Assembly (NCBI GenBank): GCA_964490075.1
Contig: CAZBBK010000007.1
Span: 1 to 64,000, forward strand
Direction: 5' to 3'
From: an uncultured Gemmatimonadota bacterium
GTDB taxonomy: Bacteria; GCA-2686955
Length of the DNA: 64,000 bases
Position 1 is the first letter of the stretch. Each line of letters starts with the position of its first letter. Below the pieces are notes generated by a model, which had not been told where the DNA came from, searched no databases, and saw only the letters and a list, made by a program, of their open reading frames with translations. The position numbers and the translations under genes are program-made. Shown here one piece after another: positions 36,434 through 45,357 of the stretch.

Positions 36434-39306
36434 TTCCGCTCCATTCGGGTCTGACCCACGAAGGGCACCACATCGCCCCGCCCGAAGAGCGCGAAGGGCG
36501 CCCAGTCGAAGGGATGAGGGCGCTGCGTGCGCAGCTCGAGCTGGGCGCCACGCAATGCGCCGGCCGCCGAGGCGCCGGCCTGTAGACGGCGATAGAAGGC
36601 TCCCATCAGCTCGGCCGCCGCCTGGTCGTCGACGCGCCACAGGCTGGCCACCACCGCGTCGGCCCCGGCGAAGAGGATCCCGCGCAGCAGACCCAAGAGC
36701 TCGTCTCCCGGGCGCACACGCGAGCGACCGGTTTCGCAGCCGGAGAGCACCACCAGGGGACAGGCGATCCGGGCGCGGTAGAAATCGGCCGCCCGGAGCC
36801 GATCCCCGGCCAGGGTCAGCGCGGAAGCCATTGGGCTGTCGTGGTCGAACTCGCCGTGACAGGCGAAGTGCAGATGGCAGGCCTCGCGTGCCGCCGCCAG
36901 CACCGCCTCCACGCCGGCGGCGTCGCCCTGAAGGAGCATGCTGCGCTCCCCGAGCACCCGGCGCACCTCGCCTGCCTCGCGGCGGAAATGCGGCGCCCGC
37001 TCGTCGTCCACGGCGCAGATCAGCGCCGGGCCGAGCGGGCGCGGCCGTGCCGGCCGCAGCGCCAACGAGCGCAACACCGACGCGCTCGGCACCACGACGG
37101 TCTCGGTGCGCATCAGCAGCGGCTCCCCCCCTGCCCTCAAGGCGCAGAAGGGCAGCGCGTGCAGCACGCCGTGGGGCGCCACGTAGAGCGTGTCGGCGCG
37201 CGTGAGCTCCTCCTCGAAGGGGCCCAGCAAGGCGTCCCCGAGCGCGTCCAGGCAAACGCGCGCCGAGCTTTCCAAGCTCGGCGCGAGAGAGCGCCGCAGC
37301 TCCGGTCCGAGACTGGCCATCTCGGCGACCTCGGCCTTCCAGTCGCACATCACCCAGCTGCGGATTTCATCCCATCCGGCGCGCCGCTCGATCCGCACCC
37401 GCCCCTCGGGATCGACCAGAAAGGCCGCCAGCTCCCCGCCCTGCGCGTAGAGATCGAGGAAGAGCTCGCGGGGCGCCAGCAGCGCCGCGATCTCGGCGGC
37501 GCCGAGCGGCGTCGCGCGCTGCAGATCGATCAGCTCGCCGTGGCCGCTGCGTGTGAGCCGCGCGCGCAGGGCGTCGAAACGCTCCGCCAGCTCGCGGGTG
37601 CGCGCCGCCGCCCGCACCAGGGCTCCCTCGCCGGCACCGCCGCTCCCCGTCCCCCCCGCACCGGCCTCCTCCGCCGCCGCCAGCGCCGAGACGCGTGCGC
37701 TGTGCTCCTTGCGGGTGCGCAGCATCGCCCGCCAGTCGGCCGCCACCTGCTGCGGCAGATCCTCCGCGGCGTTCTCCAGCTCGCCGCCGGCATCCAAGAG
37801 GTCGGCCAGCACCGCCGACTTGGCGGCCTGGGCGGCTCGCAGCGCCGCATCCGTGTCGCCAGCCGCGAGCTGCAGGCGCACCGCGGTGTCGAAGAGCTCG
37901 CGCTTGTCCTCCACGAAGGCGCTCTTGGCCAGGTCGCCGGCCAGCGCCAGGCGCGCGTCCTCCACCAGATGCAGCGCCTCTTCGGCGGCGCGGCGCGCCG
38001 GGTCGAGCGTGCCGCGCCGCTCGTGCAAGAGCGCGGCGCGTTGCCGTGCCCGCAACGAGAGCCAGCCGATGCGGTGGGCGTCGCCGAGCGCGCGAGCGCG
38101 CTCGTAGAGCCCCAGCGCTGTCTCCTCCTCGCTTCCCTCGCTCGCCCGCGCCTCGACCAGCAGCGCATAGGCGGCGTAGAGCGGCGCGCCCGCCGCCTCC
38201 AGGGCCGCGCGGGCGCGCGCCGCCCGGGTGCGTGCCGCCGATGCCAGCCCCGCCGTCAGCTCCAGCGCCGCGAGATCGACGTCGACCTGGGCCTCCCAGA
38301 CCTCCGCCCCGGCCTCACGGAACACCGCGCCCGCGCGGGCCAGCACCGCGCGGGCCTCGCCCTCGTGCCCGCAGCGCGCATATGCCCGCCCCAGGTTGAT
38401 CGCCAGGATCGCGTCGTCGTAGGCCAGCCCCTCGGCTTGCAGATGCGCGTGCGCGGAGCGGGCCAGCCGCAGCGCCTCCTCGGCGCGGTTCAGATCGAGC
38501 AGGAGCTGGCAGAGATTCACCTCGGTGAGGGCCGCGTAGGTCTCCATGCCCAGACGCCGGTACTCGTCACGGGCCCGCGTCGCTCGCTGCACCGCCGCCT
38601 GCAGCTCACCGTGCAGCACATCGATGTTGGCCAGGTTGGCCTCGCAAGTGGCGAGCGCGGCGGCATCGCCGTGGCGGCCGAAGACCTCGCCCGCCCACCG
38701 ATAGCGCCGGGCCGCCTCCTCCAGCTCTCCGGCCTGCGCCTCGCCCCCCGCCAACGCCACCTCGGCGCGCGCCGCCAGGCGCTCCCGGCCGTGTTTGCGA
38801 AACACCGCCACGGCCCGCTCCAGGCTGCGCCGCCGCCCCTCGAGATCGAGGTCGTGGTGCAGCATCTCGGCCAGCGCCAGGTCGACCTCGGCCTCGCCCA
38901 GCTCATCGCCCAGGCGACGGAAGCCCCGCCGCGCCTCCGCCCCCGCACGGCGCGCCGCCCGGTGATCACCGGCCTGCCACAGTGCACGCGCCCGCTCCAG
39001 CTCGATCTCGGCCGCCAGCGCTGTCTCGCCGGGGTCATCCTCGTCCTCCGAAGGCAGCGCCCGCGCCTCGTCGAGCGCGGCACCGGCCTCGCGATAGCGC
39101 CCCAGCGAGCGCAACGCCCGCCCCAGGGCGAGCCGCGCCCGCGCCCGCTCGGTGTTGGCTGCGCCCTCCGGCAGCGCCGCCAGGTGCGCCCGCGCCGCCT
39201 CCAGCTCCACCTCGGGGTCGGCTTCGAGACGGCCTCCGTCCGACGCGCGCGCCTGCCCCGGACTCACGCCCGGCGGCCGCTTCTCGCCGTGGTCTGTGCG
39301 CGCCAT
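36430..39306 (-). CDS. TPR-repeat CHAT-domain (caspase HetF-associated) protease
   Basis: Long TPR-like array, APHGVLHALPF, catalytic His in HFACHG and Cys in VLSGCETG, VVASLWRVDD, HPFDWAPF. Confidence 0.92.
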   Translation of the reverse strand: MARTDHGEKRPPGVSPGQARASDGGRLEADPEVELEAARAHLAALPEGAANTERARARLALGRALRSLGRYREAGAALDEARALPSEDEDDPGETALAAEIELERARALWQAGDHRAARRAGAEARRGFRRLGDELGEAEVDLALAEMLHHDLDLEGRRRSLERAVAVFRKHGRERLAARAEVALAGGEAQAGELEEAARRYRWAGEVFGRHGDAAALATCEANLANIDVLHGELQAAVQRATRARDEYRRLGMETYAALTEVNLCQLLLDLNRAEEALRLARSAHAHLQAEGLAYDDAILAINLGRAYARCGHEGEARAVLARAGAVFREAGAEVWEAQVDVDLAALELTAGLASAARTRAARARAALEAAGAPLYAAYALLVEARASEGSEEETALGLYERARALGDAHRIGWLSLRARQRAALLHERRGTLDPARRAAEEALHLVEDARLALAGDLAKSAFVEDKRELFDTAVRLQLAAGDTDAALRAAQAAKSAVLADLLDAGGELENAAEDLPQQVAADWRAMLRTRKEHSARVSALAAAEEAGAGGTGSGGAGEGALVRAAARTRELAERFDALRARLTRSGHGELIDLQRATPLGAAEIAALLAPRELFLDLYAQGGELAAFLVDPEGRVRIERRAGWDEIRSWVMCDWKAEVAEMASLGPELRRSLAPSLESSARVCLDALGDALLGPFEEELTRADTLYVAPHGVLHALPFCALRAGGEPLLMRTETVVVPSASVLRSLALRPARPRPLGPALICAVDDERAPHFRREAGEVRRVLGERSMLLQGDAAGVEAVLAAAREACHLHFACHGEFDHDSPMASALTLAGDRLRAADFYRARIACPLVVLSGCETGRSRVRPGDELLGLLRGILFAGADAVVASLWRVDDQAAAELMGAFYRRLQAGASAAGALRGAQLELRTQRPHPFDWAPFALFGRGDVVPFVGQTRMERK

Positions 39307-39423
39307 CGAGCGCCTTCTCGGCCTGGGCCGCGTGAGAGGGGAGCTGGAAGAAAAGGCGGCCGCACTCGCCGCCTGGGCCGCGCGGCGGCACAGCGCCGCC
39401 TTCGCTCCGATTCTACGCTCTGA

Positions 39424-40065
39424 TCACTCCAACGAGGTCGACCCCAAGCGGATCGCCACGCCCCGGCAGCCGGCGAAGGGGGCCAGCTCGATCCGCGCCC
39501 TCCCCGACTCGTCGGTGGCGATCGTCAACCCGATCGCCTGCTCGCCCGCCGCGGCCGGCTCCTCCGCCTCGCCGGCCGCCGATCCCTCCAGCACCAGGCG
39601 CACCCCCTGCTGCGGTGCCCCCTCTCTGAGGGCACGCACCGTCAGCACTCCCTCCACGATCACGAACACCAGGCGCAATCCGCCGTTGATCGCTAGCTCC
39701 GCGACCGTCTGCCCCTCCTCCTCGTCGCCGCCGCGCAGCCCTGCCACCGCCGCCTCGCGAAGATCCTCTCCCCGGCCCGAGTCGACGAAGCTCGGCTTCG
39801 GCTGCAGCCGCATGCTCAGCACCACCGCATCCCGGGCCGGCCGATGGCCTAGGTGCAGCGCGTCCCAGAGCGCCCCGGGCAGCGCCGCCCCTTCCTCCTC
39901 GCGCTCCAAGGAGCTCCATTGGTCGAAACGCTTGAACAGATCGATCACCTCTCGCGAGCACTCCAGGCACTCGCCGATGTGGGAGCTGATTTCGTCGCAG
40001 GGCCCGTCGAGCACGTAGTCGACCAGCCGCTCGGGAGCCGGGCAGAGGGAGTGCAGAGCTTTCAC
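39424..40065 (-). CDS. Putative zinc-finger anti-sigma factor-like protein
   Basis: CP...HIGECLEC (HxxxCxxC, ZAS/zf-HC2-like) at the N-terminus; start overlaps the ECF sigma stop; no obvious TM helix. Confidence 0.7.
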   Translation of the reverse strand: MKALHSLCPAPERLVDYVLDGPCDEISSHIGECLECSREVIDLFKRFDQWSSLEREEEGAALPGALWDALHLGHRPARDAVVLSMRLQPKPSFVDSGRGEDLREAAVAGLRGGDEEEGQTVAELAINGGLRLVFVIVEGVLTVRALREGAPQQGVRLVLEGSAAGEAEEPAAAGEQAIGLTIATDESGRARIELAPFAGCRGVAIRLGSTSLE

Positions 40066-40811
40066 GGCTTCTTCCCCTCGCGCCCCTTCGGGCGCTCTTC
40101 GGCCGGCGTCGCATCGCCACTCGAGCTCAGACGCCAGGCCTCTTCGAGGCGGGCCTGGGCGCGATGTCGCCGCCAGGTCACGGTGTTGATCGAAACTCCC
40201 ATGGCGGCACCGATCTCGCGGTCGGTGCGCCGCTCCCAGAAATAGTCGCGCAAGACTCGCCGGTCGCGCGGATCATCGAGGGCATCCACCAGCGCATTGA
40301 TCTGTTGCAGACGCTCGCGCTCTTCCAACAGCTCATCGGCCGGCCGGCCAAACTGTGAGCACCACATCCCCAGACTGTGCGGTAGCGAGTCGTCGGCCCC
40401 GATGCGACCTTTCCAGGACTCTCCGCGCTCCTCGTCCCCGCTCCGCCCATCCAACGACACTTCGCTTCGCACATCGCGACACTTGCGCGTCAAGCGGCGA
40501 TTTTCGCTGATTCGCACCCGCTCGGCGATCCGCAGCAGATAAGCACGCAACGAGGTCTCTCCCCGGTAGCGCGCCAGCGCTCCCTGGGAACAGAGCAGGA
40601 AAACCTGTTGCAGCAGATCTTCTATGCCCTCGTCGGAACCCAGGCGCCGCCCGCGCCTTAGCCACTGCCGCACCCCGGCCGCGTGCAGCGCGTAGAGCTG
40701 CTCCCAGGCCCCGCGTTCCGGTGGCGACGTCGCGCAACGGCGCGCCAGGCGCCGATCGGCCCCGCGCCCATCGTTGCCCTGGGTGGCGCCCGTGGCGGCG
40801 GCGGCGATCAC
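40062..40811 (-). CDS. ECF-type sigma-70 factor
   Basis: Region 2 (AWEQLY, IEDLLQQVF, YRGETSLRAYLLRIA) and region 4 (DREIGAAMGVSINTVTWRRHRA). Confidence 0.88.
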   Translation of the reverse strand: MIAAAATGATQGNDGRGADRRLARRCATSPPERGAWEQLYALHAAGVRQWLRRGRRLGSDEGIEDLLQQVFLLCSQGALARYRGETSLRAYLLRIAERVRISENRRLTRKCRDVRSEVSLDGRSGDEERGESWKGRIGADDSLPHSLGMWCSQFGRPADELLEERERLQQINALVDALDDPRDRRVLRDYFWERRTDREIGAAMGVSINTVTWRRHRAQARLEEAWRLSSSGDATPAEERPKGREGKKP

Positions 40812-42334
40812 GATCCATCCTCCGCGCCCGCCACCAGGGTGTCGAGCACCGCCAGCGCCGCCTCCACGTCGAGGCGCCCGTAGCCGAAGTAGTCGTGGTG
40901 CCCCTGCGCGCCCTCCGGCGGCAGCGCCGAGTCGCGCAGCGCCCGGGCCAGCCGGTCGGCGCTGGCGTCCGGCTCCAGCGCGCGCATCAGCGCCACCGCC
41001 CCGGCCACCTGCGGCGCCGCGAAGGAGGTGCCGCGACCCTTGTCATCGGACGTGAAGATGTCGACTCCGGGGGCCGCCAGATCGGGCTTCACCAGGCCGT
41101 AGATGCCGCCGCCGTGGCTCGACCAGTCGAGCGAGCTGTCCGGGTACGCGGCGTCGTAGGCTCCGACCGTGATCGCCCGCGCCGCCGCCGCCAAGCCCCC
41201 GAATCCGGCCCCGAGCGCACCCTCGTTGCCGGCTCCCACCACCACCGGCAGAGCGCCGTTGACCACCAAGCTGTCGACCGCGCGCGAGAGCTGGTCCGAG
41301 CCGTTCGAAAGCGCCGGCGCCGAGGTCGGGATCGGCAGAAAGCGCAGCGCGATCGGTCCGCGGTCGCTGTAGGAGAGGTTGACCGCATCGATGCGGTCGA
41401 TCTCGATGCTCGGCGCACCGACCGGCGACCAGGTGCGATCGCGGTTGGCCAGGAGCCAGTCGAAGGCGGCCAGGATCCGATCCGAGGTGGTGTGCCCCTC
41501 GGGCAGCGTATCGCTGTCGGGATAGGCGATGTTGACGTCGATCAGGGCGGCGAAGGGGGCCACACCGTAGGCCCGGTCGAGCCCCAGGGCCACATGCCCG
41601 ACCCGCGTCCCGTGCCAGAGGTTGTTGGACCCGGCCGGACCGGTTTGATCGGCCGGATCGTCCTCCTCTCCGCTCACCGCGTCGAAAGCGCCGGCGATCT
41701 TCAGCGGATCGTAGGGACCGTAGCCGTCGACCCCGGCGTCGACCACGGCGCAGGTGGTGTTGAGCCCGGTGGTCCCGCAGGGCCACTCGCCCCCCGTGGT
41801 GTCCCAGACCGAGGGCAGCACCATGCTGTCGAAGAGGAAAGCGCTGTCGAAGGCGGGGTCGAGCGCGGTCGGCCCGCAGGGCACCACCGGCGACGCGGCC
41901 CCCGGAGCGGCCGCCTGAATCGCCTCGACCATCACCACCGGCAGGTTCGCGTGCACCACCAGGAGCTCGAACATCAGGGGATCGAGGTAGAAGGGAAAGG
42001 AGTTTTGCCAGAGCGGATAGATCAGCTCCGACCCGACCACCAGCGCGGTCGGCAAGATCTCGAATCCCTGCTCCACATGCCCCCCGAAGGGGATCACGAT
42101 CGCCTCCAGCTCGGCCAGGAGCGAGTCGCGATCGGCGGCGTAGGGGCCACGCTCGAAGGTCACCATGAAATCGACCAGCTCCGGCCCCCCGACGCCAAAT
42201 GCCTCGATCTCGTCGTCGATCCGGTTGTTGTTCTGATCGCGAAACCACCCCAGATACCAGGGCGCTTCGTCGTTGGCGGCGGCCTCTCCCGCACCCAGAG
42301 CGAGGAGCAAGGCGATTGCTGGAATGGCGTGCAT
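40808..42334 (-). CDS. Secreted S8 subtilisin-like serine peptidase
   Basis: Signal peptide; triad in AVVDAGVD, WHGTRVG and GTSFAAPQVAG; oxyanion AGNEG; KPDLAAPG; GYGRLD. Confidence 0.92.
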   Translation of the reverse strand: MHAIPAIALLLALGAGEAAANDEAPWYLGWFRDQNNNRIDDEIEAFGVGGPELVDFMVTFERGPYAADRDSLLAELEAIVIPFGGHVEQGFEILPTALVVGSELIYPLWQNSFPFYLDPLMFELLVVHANLPVVMVEAIQAAAPGAASPVVPCGPTALDPAFDSAFLFDSMVLPSVWDTTGGEWPCGTTGLNTTCAVVDAGVDGYGPYDPLKIAGAFDAVSGEEDDPADQTGPAGSNNLWHGTRVGHVALGLDRAYGVAPFAALIDVNIAYPDSDTLPEGHTTSDRILAAFDWLLANRDRTWSPVGAPSIEIDRIDAVNLSYSDRGPIALRFLPIPTSAPALSNGSDQLSRAVDSLVVNGALPVVVGAGNEGALGAGFGGLAAAARAITVGAYDAAYPDSSLDWSSHGGGIYGLVKPDLAAPGVDIFTSDDKGRGTSFAAPQVAGAVALMRALEPDASADRLARALRDSALPPEGAQGHHDYFGYGRLDVEAALAVLDTLVAGAEDGS

Positions 42335-42501
42335 GGTCTGCGTCTCCGACCGTCCGACAGCTCGGTCCCATTCTAACCGTCGCCCGCTCGGCGGGAATTC
42401 TTGGCGACGCCCACCATACTGCCGGCCCCTGCCCGCCATGGCATGATCGGTCTCGATCGATCCCACCGCGATGGAAGCCGTGCGCGGCAAGAGAGACCAG
42501 C

Positions 42502-43473
42502 ATGACCGAATCCCGCGCAGCCACGCCGGCGCGATTCTCGGGTCCCCCTCCGCCGCCGCGCCACCTCACGGTCTCGATCGCCGATCGCTGCAATCTGCGC
42601 TGCACGATGTGCCCGGCGGAGTTCGGGGAGGGCTGGCCGCACGGCCTAGAACGCTCCGATCTGACGCCGTAACGGGCTCGGCGCGTGGTCGACTCGTTTC
42701 GGGCGTTGAACATTTCCCTCGAGTCGGTGGAGCCGGAGATCTACCGCTCTATCCGCATCGGGGCGACCTTCGAGCGCTGGCTCGCCAACGTGCGCCGCCT
42801 CGCGGAGCTCTAGCGCGCCGCCGGCCGCGGGATCGACGATCCGCCGATCATCCACTTCAACTGCGTCGTCCATCGCAAAGCCGTGCCGGGGCTGCCGAAG
42901 CTCGTGGAGCTGGCGGGGCAGCTCGGCGTGCAGGCCGTCGCCTTCCCCGAGCTGCTGCTCTTCGACCGGCGGCAGAAGGCCGAGCTCGAGTCCCAGACCT
43001 TCCCCGTGGACGCCGCCGACCGTGGGCTGTGGAAGTCCACGGTCGAGGAGATGACACGGATCGGGGCGCGCCATGGCCTCGGAATCGTCGACCGCACCGC
43101 GACCCAGGTGCCGCGCTCGCGGCAACATCTCCGGTGGCGCGCAAGCGCGTTGGAAGGCACGCAGACCTGTCCCGATCCCTGGTCGGCGCTCTTCATCCGA
43201 CTCGACGGCTCGTGCGGATTCTGTCCTTCGTCGGAGCTCAATATCGGCAACATCCACCACGATCCCTTCGACGAGATCTGGTACGGCCCACGCGCCCGCC
43301 GGCTCTTTCTGGAGCGGCGCGTTCCGGACTGCATCCAGATCTGCTCCCGGGGCCTGGTGGCGGAGCCGCGCCACCCCACCCTCGAGCTCTGGTCACGGCG
43401 CTTGCGCATGCGCTGGCGGCGCTTGCACCCCCGTGGAATCGTCAGCGGGCGGAGAGGGGCGGCCTATTTCTAG
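42502..43473 (+). pseudogene. Radical SAM/SPASM-twitch domain pseudogene
   Basis: CNLRCTMC motif and C-terminal CPDPW...DG..C...IGNI...EIW lie in one frame, broken by TAA (42670-42672) and TAG (42811-42813). The GGE and TNG segments are missing. Confidence 0.8.
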
Positions 43474-44534
43474 GATCCGCCCAACACGAGCTCCAGCGGC
43501 TGCGGCTCTTCGCCCACCTCCATGGGCGGAAGCACCAGGGAGCTGGTGAGGTCGTCCGGCCCCGGCAGCCCCGGTCCCGGCTCGCCGTCGGCGTCCCAAC
43601 GCGCCCCCAGGTAGACCCGGCGCAACGCCGGCACGCCGCGGAACACGAACTCCCCGCCGGGCTCGATGAGGAGCTTGTCGACCACATCGGCGCTGTGTGG
43701 ATCGAGAGTCGGGACCGCCGAGAGGAAGACCGCCAGCACTCCGGTACAGCCCGGGCATTCAACGGTCCCCTGCACGGTGCGCAGCGGGCGCCGCGCCACC
43801 GGCGGCGGCTGGTAGCTCTCGTCGGCGTGTCCCTTGACACGGGTCCCCGCGGGTGGCGGCCCGCCCTCGCGCGCCCCGGGCGCGGGCGGGCCCCGGGGGG
43901 GATCGGCGACCCCGCTGTAGCCCGGTCCTCCCGGTGGTCCACCCGGCGGCGGTCCCCCACCAGGGCCCCCACCGGGGCCTCCGCCCGGCCCCCCCGGCCC
44001 CCCCGGCGGCCCGACGCTGGGGCCACCCCCCGGGCCCTCGCCCGGGCCCGGCCCGCCCTGCGGCTCCGCGGGAAGCGGCAAGAGGTTGCCTCCGGCGCCG
44101 GTCAGGTCGAGCACGATCCCGGTGTCGGACTGCGCCGACGCCGGGATGATCGTGGGGCGGGAGATGCGAGTGCCGGCGATCGGTCGACCGCGGATCACCG
44201 TACCGCCCGGATCCCAGCGCGCCGAGATCGACAGCGCGACGCTCTCCGGCAGGCCGTCGATTCGAAAGCGCCAGGGCTCGATGACCCAGGCGATGCCGCG
44301 AATCTCGGTCGAGTCCGGCATTGCGTCGAGCCGTTCGGAAACTGTGACCTGGATCTCCCCTTCACAGGCTTCACAGAGCACCTGGCCGTTCAGCACCCGG
44401 CTGCCGGTCGCTTCGAAGCCGGCGCGGCGCTGCAGAGGCCGGGGCTCTTCTGGACTGTCGGAGCACGAGAGCGCCAGAGCGGCGAGCGCTCCCGAGAGCA
44501 GGATCGCCGGAGCGCTGCTGCGTCCGCGGCTCAT
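43470..44534 (-). CDS. Putative lipoprotein with two related beta-rich CxxC domains separated by a Gly/Pro-rich linker
   Basis: Lipobox LALSC; paired segments LNGQVLCEACEG / VQGTVECPGCTG and ISARWD / LGARWD. Confidence 0.75.
   Translation of the reverse strand: MSRGRSSAPAILLSGALAALALSCSDSPEEPRPLQRRAGFEATGSRVLNGQVLCEACEGEIQVTVSERLDAMPDSTEIRGIAWVIEPWRFRIDGLPESVALSISARWDPGGTVIRGRPIAGTRISRPTIIPASAQSDTGIVLDLTGAGGNLLPLPAEPQGGPGPGEGPGGGPSVGPPGGPGGPGGGPGGGPGGGPPPGGPPGGPGYSGVADPPRGPPAPGAREGGPPPAGTRVKGHADESYQPPPVARRPLRTVQGTVECPGCTGVLAVFLSAVPTLDPHSADVVDKLLIEPGGEFVFRGVPALRRVYLGARWDADGEPGPGLPGPDDLTSSLVLPPMEVGEEPQPLELVLGGS
43850..44070 (-). repeat. Low-complexity coding repeat (GGP/GPGG)n
   Basis: Encodes PQGGPGPGEGPGGGPSVGPPGGPGGPGGGPGGGPGGGPPPGGPPGGPG. 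Confidence 0.8.
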
Positions 44535-44601
44535 GGTCGATTCTCCTTCGGATGGCGTTGGGGCGATCTTGGGGTGGGATGAAACGGGACTCTAGCAAAC
44601 A

Positions 44602-45357
44602 TCAAGGGCGACGCATCAGACCCCCGAGTACCAGCAACGCCAAAGGCACGACCCACACCAGGCGCAGCGCCGCACGCTCGAAGAGGGCATCGCCGGGACG
44701 GTAGGCGGTCGCGCTCGGGAAAGGGGTGTTGTCCTCGGCGCTGGTGAAGACCGCCCGCCAGCGGCGCGCCTCGTCGACCGAGAGGCCGGCCGCCCGGTAG
44801 GCGCGAAAGACCGTCTCGGGGCTCCGCTCCAGCTCATCCAGCGAGCAGTCGAAGACCACGCCGTAGTCCGGATCGCAGACTCGCCAGGCGCGGTCGATCC
44901 GCACTTCGTTGACCACGTGTCCGCTCAGGGCCAGGATGCGCGACTCGATCCCCTCTTCCTCGAGAATGTTGTCGAGCACGATCGCGTGCTGAGAGCAGAA
45001 GCCGCCGCCGAGGCGCACGGCGCGCGCGCTGTCGATCCACTCGTGGCGTCCGCGGGAGCGTGCGCGCGCCCACAAGAGCCAGTTCTCGAAGAAGGTCGGC
45101 CGGGCGTTGCGCGAATCGATCAAGAGGAAGCGATCGCTGATCAGCTCGGTCAGGCGGCGGACGAAGGACTCGGTGGATTCGTCCGGCCGGCGCTCGGCGC
45201 GGCGCCAGAACTCGCCAACCGTCACGCTGCGCGGGCGGACGTCGAGGACGTACCAGTCGTCGGCGTCGATCTCGGTGAAGAAGAAGAAACCGATCAGGTT
45301 CGCGGCCAGCAAGGCGGCCCCGAGCGCCAGCAACGCGGTGCCCATGCCTCTCGTCAC
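44602..45357 (-). CDS. Membrane-anchored transglutaminase-like (Cys-His-Asp) protein
   Basis: GGFCSQHA, GHVVNEV, WRVCDPDYG; N- and C-terminal TM helices. GTG at 45357 overlaps the upstream stop; alternative ATG at 45345. Confidence 0.72.
   Translation of the reverse strand: MTRGMGTALLALGAALLAANLIGFFFFTEIDADDWYVLDVRPRSVTVGEFWRRAERRPDESTESFVRRLTELISDRFLLIDSRNARPTFFENWLLWARARSRGRHEWIDSARAVRLGGGFCSQHAIVLDNILEEEGIESRILALSGHVVNEVRIDRAWRVCDPDYGVVFDCSLDELERSPETVFRAYRAAGLSVDEARRWRAVFTSAEDNTPFPSATAYRPGDALFERAALRLVWVVPLALLVLGGLMRRP

Noticed and set aside
42670-42813. Stop-codon recoding (pyrrolysine or an alternative code) in the radical SAM gene
   Set aside because: Two different stops are involved, TAG ends many intact genes here (icd, uvrB, the M16 peptidase), and core motifs are also deleted. 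A pseudogene is the simpler reading.
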